Source: Butyrivibrio sp. (GTDB lineage: Bacteria; Bacillota; Clostridia; Lachnospirales; Lachnospiraceae). Taken from it: DNA of 32,925 nt. Below, piece by piece: positions 17,182 to 26,169 of this stretch (positions are counted from its first letter, which is position 1; the number at the start of each line of letters is the position of its first letter). The translations under genes were made by a program, and so were the position numbers. The DNA lies in the NCBI GenBank assembly GCA_051880015.1, contig JBJEND010000223.1, positions 1 through 32,925 of the forward strand. The letters run 5' to 3'. The notes below the pieces were generated by a model. The model was not told the DNA's origin and searched no databases. It saw nothing but the letters and a program-made list of their open reading frames with translations.

Positions 17182-18273
17182 ATGAAGAAAATAATGGTAG
17201 TATTCGGAACAAGGCCGGAGGCTATTAAAATGTGTCCCCTTGTTTTAGAATTAAAAAGCAGGGAATCGTTGGAAACCATTGTCTGTGTGTCGGGACAACA
17301 CAGGCAGATGCTTGATCAGGTACTGGATGTATTCAAGGTACAGCCGGACTATGATCTGAATATCATGAAGACAAAACAGACCCTGTTTGATGTAACGATT
17401 AATATTCTTGAGAGTATAAGGGAGATTCTTGAAAAAGAAAAGCCGGATGTTGTACTTGTACATGGTGACACATCCACTACCTTTGCGGTTGCACTGGCAT
17501 GTTATTATATGCAGATACCGGTGGGACATGTTGAAGCGGGACTTAGAACATATAATATCTATTCTCCCTACCCGGAAGAATTTAACAGGCAGGCAGTGGG
17601 AATTGTAGCTGCATATCATTTTGCTCCCACAGAGCATGCCAGGGAAACACTGTTAAAAGAAGGCAAGAAAGAATCAGATATATTTGTAACCGGGAATACC
17701 GCAATAGATGCATTAAAGACAACAGTAAGAACAGATTATTCCCATCCCGAACTGGAATGGGCAAAGAACAGCAGACTGATTATGATAACAGCCCACAGAA
17801 GGGAAAATCTGGGAGAGCCTATGGAGCATATGTTCAGGGCAATTCTCAGAATAATTGAAGAGCATCCGGATGTGAAAGCCATATATCCTATACACATGAA
17901 TCCCGTTGTAAGGGAAACCGCAGAGAAAATACTGGGGGACGAGGAAAGAATTCATATTATTGAACCTCTTGAAGTAATAGATTTCCACAATTTCCTGTCC
18001 CGGTGTTATATGATTCTCACTGACAGCGGAGGAATCCAGGAAGAAGCTCCTTCCCTTGGAAAGCCGGTTCTTGTTATGCGGGATACTACGGAAAGACCGG
18101 AGGGAATTGAAGCCGGCACATTAAAACTGGTAGGTACGGATGAGGAAGTAATATACAAAGAATTTAAAAGGCTTTTGGAAGATACGGATGAATATAATAA
18201 AATGAGCATGGCTTCCAATCCATACGGAGACGGATTTGCATGCAGGAGAATTGCGGATATTCTTGAAAAATAA
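17182..18273 (+). CDS. wecB: UDP-N-acetylglucosamine 2-epimerase (non-hydrolysing)
   Basis: VFGTRPEAIKM, GQHRQM, VHGDT, HVEAGLRT, HRREN, TDSGGIQEEA, TERPE, NPYGDG. Confidence 0.97.
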   Translation: MKKIMVVFGTRPEAIKMCPLVLELKSRESLETIVCVSGQHRQMLDQVLDVFKVQPDYDLNIMKTKQTLFDVTINILESIREILEKEKPDVVLVHGDTSTTFAVALACYYMQIPVGHVEAGLRTYNIYSPYPEEFNRQAVGIVAAYHFAPTEHARETLLKEGKKESDIFVTGNTAIDALKTTVRTDYSHPELEWAKNSRLIMITAHRRENLGEPMEHMFRAILRIIEEHPDVKAIYPIHMNPVVRETAEKILGDEERIHIIEPLEVIDFHNFLSRCYMILTDSGGIQEEAPSLGKPVLVMRDTTERPEGIEAGTLKLVGTDEEVIYKEFKRLLEDTDEYNKMSMASNPYGDGFACRRIADILEK

Positions 18274-18296
18274 TAATATATGGGTGTGATACCGTA

Positions 18297-18863
18297 ATGA
18301 ACAAAATGCTTGACAGAATAGTTGACAGGCTTTCTGACAGTGGCTATGTAACCGGGGAAAATTATGAGATAGTAAGGTATGGACTGGAGTTATTCATAAT
18401 GAAGACACTGATTAGCATTGCCATGTTGATAATAGCCTTTATAACAGGCAGCGTTTTGGAGGTACTTGCTTTTATGTGTGCTTATCAGCCGCTTAGAAGT
18501 ACCTGTGGGGGGTATCATGCCCGGACAAGGACTGCATGTTTTATTTCATCCTTATTGATGTCAGGTACGGTAATACTTATGGGAAAGGTGTTACCGGCAC
18601 CGGCTTTTATCTGTGTTTCATTCAGTTTATTGTTTATCGGAGTTGTTATTATTCTTATTTTATCCCCTGTAGATACTCCCACAAAACCCTTTGATGATAT
18701 TGAACGTATAGTATTCAGAAAACGTTCTTTAATTATAACAATAATATTAGTAATCATCTTCATGGCATTTTCTTTGCTTGGATTTAGAAAAATCCAACTT
18801 TCGGTTTCACTGGCTGTGATATACACGGCCTTATTGCTGATTCCGGGTAAGCTTGGGAGATAA
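18297..18863 (+). CDS. agrB: Accessory gene regulator B (autoinducing-peptide processing protein)
   Basis: YGLE, LRSTCGGYHA...C catalytic motif, SPVDTPTKP; multi-TM. Confidence 0.9.
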   Translation: MNKMLDRIVDRLSDSGYVTGENYEIVRYGLELFIMKTLISIAMLIIAFITGSVLEVLAFMCAYQPLRSTCGGYHARTRTACFISSLLMSGTVILMGKVLPAPAFICVSFSLLFIGVVIILILSPVDTPTKPFDDIERIVFRKRSLIITIILVIIFMAFSLLGFRKIQLSVSLAVIYTALLLIPGKLGR

Positions 18864-18891
18864 AGATATATAGGGTTGGAGGGGTAACAGT

Positions 18892-19617
18892 ATGGTAAGC
18901 GTAGCTGTCTGCGATGACGACAGGGATATTTTGGAGACGGTAAAAAGTTATATTTCGGAATATCAGTCTCTTGGTTTCTGTGAATTTGAAGTGTACGGTT
19001 TTAATTCCGGCGAGGAACTGCTTAAGAGTACAATACGGTTTGATTTGATTTTTCTGGATATTGAAATGGGGGGAATTGACGGAATAAGAACAGCACAGTT
19101 GTTACGCCAAAAGGACAGAAAGTCAAGAATAGTTTATATTACCAATCATTCAGAATGCGCTTTACGAAGTTATTCTGTTCATCCCTTTGATTTTATTGTA
19201 AAGCCCGTGTTAAAAGAAAGAATTACGGAGGTAATGAAGGAGTTCACGGTATATCTTAATGAATTAACTGCAAAAGAAGTGGTTATACAGCTTAAGAGCG
19301 AAGAGGGAACACTGCTTTTGAACCTGAAGGATATTTATGTATTTGAATATACCGGAAACCGCCGGGTTACAGTGTATACGAAAAAGGAAAAATATCTGGT
19401 AAAAGGAGGACTGTCCGAAATTAAAAATCTCATTAAAGCTGACAGCTTTACATCCCCCCATAAGAGCTTTATCGTAAATATGGAGCATATAGAAAAACTA
19501 AACGGCTTTATTTTATACACTACTAATGGAATTGAAGTTCCTGTTGCACAAAAGAAATTGAAGAACTTTCAAAACGAATTCAGCAGGTTTATTAAAAATT
19601 ACATAAGGCAGGAGTAA
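18892..19617 (+). CDS. agrA: LytTR family response regulator (AgrA-like)
   Basis: AVCDDD, FLDIEM, KP receiver motifs; F...HKSFIVN LytTR motif. Confidence 0.9.
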   Translation: MVSVAVCDDDRDILETVKSYISEYQSLGFCEFEVYGFNSGEELLKSTIRFDLIFLDIEMGGIDGIRTAQLLRQKDRKSRIVYITNHSECALRSYSVHPFDFIVKPVLKERITEVMKEFTVYLNELTAKEVVIQLKSEEGTLLLNLKDIYVFEYTGNRRVTVYTKKEKYLVKGGLSEIKNLIKADSFTSPHKSFIVNMEHIEKLNGFILYTTNGIEVPVAQKKLKNFQNEFSRFIKNYIRQE

Positions 19618-19621
19618 AATA

Positions 19622-20917
19622 ATGGAATTGATATTACAGACTGCTTCAGCAGTTGCGTTTTATGTTTTTACTTTTTTTATGTTCGAGAAATTATACACCC
19701 GTAAAAATATCAAAAAAAGGTATAAAGTGTTAATTATTGCCGGCGCGGCAGCAGGAATGATTATAATAGGATTCCTGGAAATACCCATATTAAATTTTTT
19801 GTTCTCAATTTGTTCAATGCTTCTTCTGAATAAGCTGCTATATGAGCCTAAAGGGAAAAGCTTTATAATCTATGACATTGTACTCCTTATAATAATGATG
19901 GCCATAGAGATGATATCGGTATCTTTACTGGCATTAACCATCAATAAGGAAATTAATGTGATTCTGGATAATTTCCGGTATTCATCCGCCGCTACGGTGA
20001 TGAACTGGATAATTCTGTTTTTCTGTTTCAGAATATTTATGTTTCTCATATCCGAAAAGAAAATTACAAATATTAAAACGCAGGAATTTGTGTTTTTTAT
20101 TGTCCTTATCAGCGGAGAAATTTTCTTTCTGCATTTTCTCAATGATATTTTTGTGGAATCCAAAGTTAAATACGAACTTACCATTGTTCTGCTTATTTTT
20201 CTGGCACTGGACTTATATCTGGCTTATCTGCTGCAAAAAATTTCAGAATCTTATCAGACGGAAAAGAAGCTGGAATTAGTCACCCAGCAGGCTCTCCTTC
20301 AGCTCAATGCTTATAAAGAACTTAATGAAAAGTATAACTCCTCCCGTAAAATAATACATGATGTAAAGAAACATGTAGCTTCTCTTGAGGGACTGATTAA
20401 CAGTAACAATGCGGATGCGGCAGATAAATATAAAGGCTTGCTTAATGCAGAGCTTAATAAGCTGGTTCCCCAATTTGAATGTGATAATCCTATTTTAACG
20501 GTTATTATTAATAACAAACTGACGGTGGCGGAAGGAATGAACATCGATTTTAAAACAGATATAGAGTTTTCAGTTCTGGATTTTATTTCAGATTTGGACA
20601 TAACTGCTATTTTTTCAAATCTTCTGGACAACGCTTTTGAAGCATGTGGGGAACTTACCGAAGATAGGCGTCATATACATCTTATGGTAACAAGACATAA
20701 TTATTTTCTGCTTATTTATCTTGAAAATACATACAAAAGTGTTGAAGTTGATACAAATCACATATTTAAAAGTACTAAAATGCACCATCAGGGAGTGGGT
20801 TTATCCAATGTAAAGGGTGCCGTTAAAAAATACGGAGGTAATTTCAAGGCTCATACAGAAGAGGGTTTATTTAAGACGGAAATATTAATACCTATACCGG
20901 ACACGTATCATTTATAG
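19622..20917 (+). CDS. agrC: AgrC-like GHKL sensor histidine kinase
   Basis: About 6 TM N-terminus; HDVKKH H-box; NLLDNAFEA; STK...HQGVGLSNV. Confidence 0.9.
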   Translation: MELILQTASAVAFYVFTFFMFEKLYTRKNIKKRYKVLIIAGAAAGMIIIGFLEIPILNFLFSICSMLLLNKLLYEPKGKSFIIYDIVLLIIMMAIEMISVSLLALTINKEINVILDNFRYSSAATVMNWIILFFCFRIFMFLISEKKITNIKTQEFVFFIVLISGEIFFLHFLNDIFVESKVKYELTIVLLIFLALDLYLAYLLQKISESYQTEKKLELVTQQALLQLNAYKELNEKYNSSRKIIHDVKKHVASLEGLINSNNADAADKYKGLLNAELNKLVPQFECDNPILTVIINNKLTVAEGMNIDFKTDIEFSVLDFISDLDITAIFSNLLDNAFEACGELTEDRRHIHLMVTRHNYFLLIYLENTYKSVEVDTNHIFKSTKMHHQGVGLSNVKGAVKKYGGNFKAHTEEGLFKTEILIPIPDTYHL

Positions 20918-20985
20918 GACAAAAAATGCAAATAGCAGGCGTTGAATGCGGATACATTGATATTAAGAAAAATGTAAAATATAAT
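20916..20985 (+). promoter_or_regulatory. agrD promoter with putative LytTR direct repeats
   Basis: TTGATA (20957-62), 17 bp, TATAAT (20980-85); imperfect repeats AGGACAAAAAATGC / AGGCGTTGAATGC about 21 bp apart just upstream of the -35. Confidence 0.65.
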
Positions 20986-21008
20986 GGCAGTGAAAGGAGG
21001 CGTTTACC

Positions 21009-21164
21009 ATGAAGATAACAAAGAACAAACTTAAGGATATGGCTATGAAACATATTGTTTCAAAATCCATAAGGACAGCCGGACAGAGTGTTAATTCAGC
21101 ATGTGTATGGTGGCTTGGCCAACCGAAGCCGCCAAAGAGTCTGAAAAAGTTAAGGAGGTTTTAG
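21009..21164 (+). CDS. agrD: AgrD cyclic thiolactone autoinducer precursor (51 aa; not in the ORF track)
   Basis: RBS AAAGGAGG; MKITKNKLKDMAMKHIVSKSIRTAGQSVNSACVWWLGQPKPPKSLKKLRRF has the clostridial AgrD pattern nsaC-xxx-x-xQPk.PksL. Confidence 0.92.
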   Translation: MKITKNKLKDMAMKHIVSKSIRTAGQSVNSACVWWLGQPKPPKSLKKLRRF

Positions 21165-21167
21165 TTT

Positions 21168-21887
21168 ATAAAAAAAACAAAGTATTTAAAAGTAATAATT
21201 ATTATATCCGTAAGTGTGGTAATACTGGGCATAGTCGGAATATCGGCCAATGCTTTAAAAAGGCATTATTACAGTAATCTGCCAAGCGATATTCTGATTA
21301 AACAGGAGGTTTCAGGCACGTGGATAAAACCATCCGAGGAATATGTCTATTATAAAGTGAATGTCAAACACGGAATCATTAAATCAATAGATGTCAACGA
21401 ATATACAGAAAAAAGTAGTGACCATGACCAAGCTGTGAAAAATTCTTTAGATGAGGCACAACAGCTCCTTAAATCCGCAGGATATGAGGTTAATTGTCCG
21501 GTTGTGCTGGATAATTGTATATATTTTTCCGCAGATAACGGTAATAACGGTCAGTCGTATTATAAATATGATAAATCAACTGCTTCTATAGATAAAAATT
21601 TTACCCCGCAGCCCTGTCTTAAGGGTGAAAGCAATAATGTTTTAATGGAAATGGCTGCGATTGATAAGTATCCTGAGCTGAAGGATTGTATTCAGAAACA
21701 TGAAACACAGCAGATTGAATATGGGGAGATAATCATATCCAATGAGAAGGTATTTGTCTGCATGTTTGATAATTCCGAAAAATATAGTGCAAAATGGCTG
21801 CTCTATGAATACAATCCAACGTTTAAAGAACTTACACTGCTATGTGAGACGAAACCATACAGAATAGCAGACATAGTATTTTTATAA
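21168..21887 (+). CDS. Exported or membrane-anchored hypothetical protein
   Basis: Open frame from 21165; N-terminus (I)KKTKYLKVIIIISVSVVILGIVGISANA looks like a full signal/anchor. The start is uncertain: ATA 21168 behind AAGGAGG, or GTG 21216. Confidence 0.65.
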   Translation: MKKTKYLKVIIIISVSVVILGIVGISANALKRHYYSNLPSDILIKQEVSGTWIKPSEEYVYYKVNVKHGIIKSIDVNEYTEKSSDHDQAVKNSLDEAQQLLKSAGYEVNCPVVLDNCIYFSADNGNNGQSYYKYDKSTASIDKNFTPQPCLKGESNNVLMEMAAIDKYPELKDCIQKHETQQIEYGEIIISNEKVFVCMFDNSEKYSAKWLLYEYNPTFKELTLLCETKPYRIADIVFL

Positions 21888-21903
21888 CAGAAAGGATGTT
21901 TCT

Positions 21904-24900
21904 ATGAGAAGCAAAAGAATAAGTAAGATTATTACCTGTATGCTTATGACATTTGCAATGCTTTCTTCTTGTGTATTACCGGCTTTTGCATCAGGCAGCG
22001 CATCTGGTACTACCAAAGATAAAGAACCTGATACGGTTAATGTTGATTTAGCTTTTGTAATTGATACCACCGGTTCAATGTCCAATGCAATTACAAATGT
22101 GAAAAATAATATTTCTGAATTTGTATCTTATCTGGAGGAAGGAGGTGTATCCATCAGAGTAGCTATTGTGGAGTATCGTGATATTACATGTGATGGCAGC
22201 AGCTCAACTGTAATACATAAACTTAATAATTCCACATGGCATACAACAACAGCGGACATGCAGGAGACTTTATCGGAGCTTAAGGTAGGCGGAGGCGGAG
22301 ATTTACCGGAAACTCCCATTGATGCCCTGGGTTATCTGATTGATGATGATTCTCTGTATTGGAGCAGTAAGGCATATAAATTTGCAGTTCTGCTGACAGA
22401 CGCGGATTATAAAAATAATAACAATCATGGAATCAGCAACATGAACGAAATGATTGACCTGCTTGTTGAGAAAGAAATCAATACATCAGTTATTACAAGA
22501 ACTTCATATAAAAGCTGTTATAATAATTTGTATGAAAAAACAGGAGGTATTTTTGCCGATATATACTCTACCGATTTTGCGGATGAATTGATTGCACTGG
22601 CAGACAGAATAATCAGCGCCACCACTGAAAATAAAGCAATATATGTATTACCGGGTTATATGGGCTCACAGCTTTATTATAACGGTAATAAAATGTGGAT
22701 GGATCCCACTGCCTTAAAGGATGACATTACAAAATTTTTCCTTATAGGTGGTGAAGATACTAAGTTTAAATTAAAATCAGATGGTTCCGGCTCATTATTA
22801 TCTGTTGATATGGAAGATGATTTATACGGAACTTTTGATACATACAAAGGTGTAGTAGAGGAATTGGAGAGTCAGTTTGGCGGTGAAGACGGTGAATATG
22901 ATGTAATCTTTTTCCCTTATAACTGGTTAGGTGACCTTAATGACTCAGTGGTAGAACTGGAAAATCATATTAATGACAACGGATATGATAAGGTGGTATT
23001 TGTGACCCACAGCACAGGCGGACTGCTGGCATCTGCATATACCGCCCGCAATAAAGAAAAGGTGTTAAAAAATATTCTTATTGCACCGCCTTTATTCGGA
23101 ACCTATACCTCTCTCCAGCCTATTGAAACCGGCAAAGTAACGGATATTGAATCCATGTTAGAGGATAATGGAATAGAAAATGAAACTATTGCCGTTTTCT
23201 GGAAACAATATGATATCATATATGATTGGATTAAATATGTTACAAAAAATTCACCTACAACTTATCAGCTTTTACCCAGTATTGAGTATTTAAGGTTAAT
23301 GCCTGTAATGTATGAAGATGAATTTGCCGATGGTACTGCGGTTATGAGCAGGGAAAAATATTATTCAATACTTAATGAAAGCGAAAATATAAACTCTAAT
23401 CTGACAAACGGTAATGATCGGAGCCACCGGTATTTCAGGGAAACAACTCTTAAGGGCGACATTGTTGAAGTTTTACAGGAAGTAGATACCTTATTAATTG
23501 GCAGTAGTTACGGAAACCTTACACCGGCTATTGCAGAATATACAACCACGGATTATTTTTTCTGGACAACAACAGAATATACCGATTTGATTATGAAAAT
23601 GGATGGCGACGGTACGGTAATGGGTGTTAGTGCTTTCGGTACCGAAAATGTGGGAGAGCATGTCCTTGCATATAAAGATTTTCCTGGTGTGGGACACAGC
23701 GCTCTGGTAAATACGGATTCTCACCCTGAAGTAATCCGGTATGTATGCGCAAATATACCTACAGCAAAGAAATCCACCTACTCTTCGTCAACATATTCAT
23801 TAAGATCAAGACGCAGTATGTCGGCTTTAAGCAGTCCGGCCTCCATGTCTGATTATATTAAAATAAATATCAGCGCCAATAAAAACGCTACAATTAACAT
23901 TGTTGATGAGGACGGTAATGTTGCAGCCTATATTAAAGAAGATACTGTAACAATGAGCATGGACGGTGTTGATTACAGTATATCAAAAATGGTTTCAAAT
24001 GGGTTTGACGGAAAAACATTTGTATATAATCCTTCATCTTCTCCTAAAGAAGGTATTATCGGTTCTATTTATATGCCAAGAGAAGGTTATTCATTGGAGG
24101 TAACCTATGGTGAAGAGGCCGGTAGCCGGATTAATTTTGGATGTGTTGTATCAACCCTTACTGATGAAGGGGAAAAATCCGCAAGTGCCACATATGTTAC
24201 AACAGTAACTTCTGATAATGGTGTTGTATTTACATTAGACCTTTCTGATGTGAACCTGTCCAACATCGGCTCACTGTGTACTGATGGCAATGTTATCTCC
24301 AGAACGGAATATTTCTTAACGGAATGGGCACTTGAGTCCGAAATTAAGTTAAACTCTGTGGGTGATGAAGCATTGGTTAATATAACCGGCAGTGATGCAG
24401 GCAAAGTCTCACTTAAATGGTCATCATCAGATAATGAAGTAGTAAGTGTAGATGATAACGGTAAAGTTACCGCAAAGGGTTACGGACAGGCAGTAATTGC
24501 CGCTACTGACGGAAATAAAACCGAAACCTGCAAAGTAACTGTAGTTAAAGAAGCAGCTTCCATCCAAATTGATGATATTAAAATGACTGTGGGTGAACGA
24601 GTTCTCTTAAGACCTGTTTTTGATTCAGAGAATGTTACTGAAACAAAGGTAGATTATGAGTATGATGAGCTTGCAGGTATAATTTCCATTAATGAGTACG
24701 GAGTAATTCTGGCTGAAGGCACGGGAAGCATTGATGTAGTTGCCACTGCTTCAAGCGGTGTAACAACCTCATTTACTGTTGTGGTTACGACTAACGGAAT
24801 CATTTCTGTTGATTCTGTATCCTTATCAAAGGACAGCGTAGAAATGAAGGTTAATTCTACAGAGGAGATTACAGCATTTATTAATCCCCTCAATGCTGAG

Positions 24901-25989
24901 AATCAAAAAGTAACCTGGATATCCTCCAATCCTGATATAGTGTCTGTAAACAGTGACGGACTTGTTTGCACTCTCCATGGTATGGCAGAAGGATATTCAA
25001 AAATAACGGTAGTTACCAATGATGGCGGATATACAGCCTCTGCCGATGTTTATGTAACCGGCGGACTGAATAAGGATGACGTGTATATTGAGTCCATGAG
25101 TGTGAATTCGGGAATAAATAATACAATCGCAGACAGAATAAAAATCACCAATATGTCTGATGTGGAAATTTCCCTCAATGATTTGGTAATTCAATATTTC
25201 TATGATAACGACAAAAATAAAAATGAGGTGTTTGAGTGCGACTGGGCATGTAACAGATACACAGGAATAACATCCCTGGTATACGGTGAATTTGGATATG
25301 ATTCATCCACCGGATGGGATGTTGTGAATATTGGATTCAAAAACAGTTCTGAGGTGCTTATGCCCGGAGATACCCTTGAGATTCATTTCAGGGTTCATAC
25401 CTCAAGCTGGAACAATTACTATCTGCCCAATGACTATTCTGCGTCGGGCAATACTTACGCAGCTACGGACAGAATCGGACTTATTTATGAGGGAAGGGTA
25501 ATTTCAGGTGATGAAATTGAGCATAACAATTCTGATGCAGCACTGCCCACGATTGAAGTCTGTTCAAAGGATACTTTTGAGGCAGGTATGGCCCATTATA
25601 TATCATCCCGGATAAAGATTAAAAATACGGGAACAAAATCACTTGACTTATCAAAGTTTGAAATAGTATATCAGTATAATAATGACGGAAATACCAATGA
25701 GAGCTTCTGGTGCGACTGGGCTTCATGTAATAATGCTTCTGTTACCGGCAGCATTACCGGCAGTATCCATACTGTTTCAGAAACCGGTGATGCCGAAATA
25801 GAAATAACTGCCATAGGTTCTGATGCTGTTCTGCATCCCGGTGAAGAACTGGTTATTCATTTCAGAGTGGCCAACAGTACATGGAATGACTATGATTTAT
25901 CAAATGACATTTCATATAACGGAACTTCTTACAGCATCAATAATAATATTCCGGTATATTATGATGGAGTTCTGATTTCCATGTCTTAA
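21904..25989 (+). CDS. Secreted multidomain protein: VWA + LCAT-like alpha/beta hydrolase + Big_2 Ig repeats + two CBM3-like modules
   Basis: Signal peptide; FVIDTTGSM and LLTDA (VWA MIDAS); LPGYMGSQL, FPYNW, THSTGG, DGDGTV, GVGH (lipase/LCAT); WSSSDNEVVSVD and VTWISSNPDIVSV (Big_2); CDWA...IHFRV...W.nY...ND twice (CBM3). Confidence 0.85.
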   Translation: MRSKRISKIITCMLMTFAMLSSCVLPAFASGSASGTTKDKEPDTVNVDLAFVIDTTGSMSNAITNVKNNISEFVSYLEEGGVSIRVAIVEYRDITCDGSSSTVIHKLNNSTWHTTTADMQETLSELKVGGGGDLPETPIDALGYLIDDDSLYWSSKAYKFAVLLTDADYKNNNNHGISNMNEMIDLLVEKEINTSVITRTSYKSCYNNLYEKTGGIFADIYSTDFADELIALADRIISATTENKAIYVLPGYMGSQLYYNGNKMWMDPTALKDDITKFFLIGGEDTKFKLKSDGSGSLLSVDMEDDLYGTFDTYKGVVEELESQFGGEDGEYDVIFFPYNWLGDLNDSVVELENHINDNGYDKVVFVTHSTGGLLASAYTARNKEKVLKNILIAPPLFGTYTSLQPIETGKVTDIESMLEDNGIENETIAVFWKQYDIIYDWIKYVTKNSPTTYQLLPSIEYLRLMPVMYEDEFADGTAVMSREKYYSILNESENINSNLTNGNDRSHRYFRETTLKGDIVEVLQEVDTLLIGSSYGNLTPAIAEYTTTDYFFWTTTEYTDLIMKMDGDGTVMGVSAFGTENVGEHVLAYKDFPGVGHSALVNTDSHPEVIRYVCANIPTAKKSTYSSSTYSLRSRRSMSALSSPASMSDYIKINISANKNATINIVDEDGNVAAYIKEDTVTMSMDGVDYSISKMVSNGFDGKTFVYNPSSSPKEGIIGSIYMPREGYSLEVTYGEEAGSRINFGCVVSTLTDEGEKSASATYVTTVTSDNGVVFTLDLSDVNLSNIGSLCTDGNVISRTEYFLTEWALESEIKLNSVGDEALVNITGSDAGKVSLKWSSSDNEVVSVDDNGKVTAKGYGQAVIAATDGNKTETCKVTVVKEAASIQIDDIKMTVGERVLLRPVFDSENVTETKVDYEYDELAGIISINEYGVILAEGTGSIDVVATASSGVTTSFTVVVTTNGIISVDSVSLSKDSVEMKVNSTEEITAFINPLNAENQKVTWISSNPDIVSVNSDGLVCTLHGMAEGYSKITVVTNDGGYTASADVYVTGGLNKDDVYIESMSVNSGINNTIADRIKITNMSDVEISLNDLVIQYFYDNDKNKNEVFECDWACNRYTGITSLVYGEFGYDSSTGWDVVNIGFKNSSEVLMPGDTLEIHFRVHTSSWNNYYLPNDYSASGNTYAATDRIGLIYEGRVISGDEIEHNNSDAALPTIEVCSKDTFEAGMAHYISSRIKIKNTGTKSLDLSKFEIVYQYNNDGNTNESFWCDWASCNNASVTGSITGSIHTVSETGDAEIEITAIGSDAVLHPGEELVIHFRVANSTWNDYDLSNDISYNGTSYSINNNIPVYYDGVLISMS

Positions 25990-26023
25990 ATACTAAAATC
26001 CATTTATGCAAATATAGCCTTTC

Positions 26024-26061
26024 AGGTGCAGTATACGAATTATTGTATGCTGCACCTTTTT
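26024..26061 (+). terminator. Rho-independent terminator
   Basis: AGGTGCAGTATAC ... GTATGCTGCACCT plus T-run. Confidence 0.85.
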
Positions 26062-26069
26062 ATGTCTGT

Positions 26070-26137
26070 TATAGGATTTTCTTATATCCAATTATATATA
26101 TAACGAATTGGACAGCAAAAAATTCTTAATATACAAT
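26070..26137 (+). promoter_or_regulatory. met operon promoter with a LysR (MtaR/MetR-like) box
   Basis: 17-bp TATAGGATTTTCTTATA (26070-86) resembles TATAG-N7-CTATA boxes; TGGACA (26109-14), 17 bp, TACAAT (26132-37). Confidence 0.55.
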
Positions 26138-26169
26138 AGCCGTATCAAAAAAACAGGAGGACATATACT

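Noticed and set aside
26062-26169. SAM (S-box) or T-box riboswitch before metQ
   Set aside because: The leader is only about 30 nt after the promoter and has no conserved motifs. The hairpin at 26024-26061 is the upstream gene's terminator.
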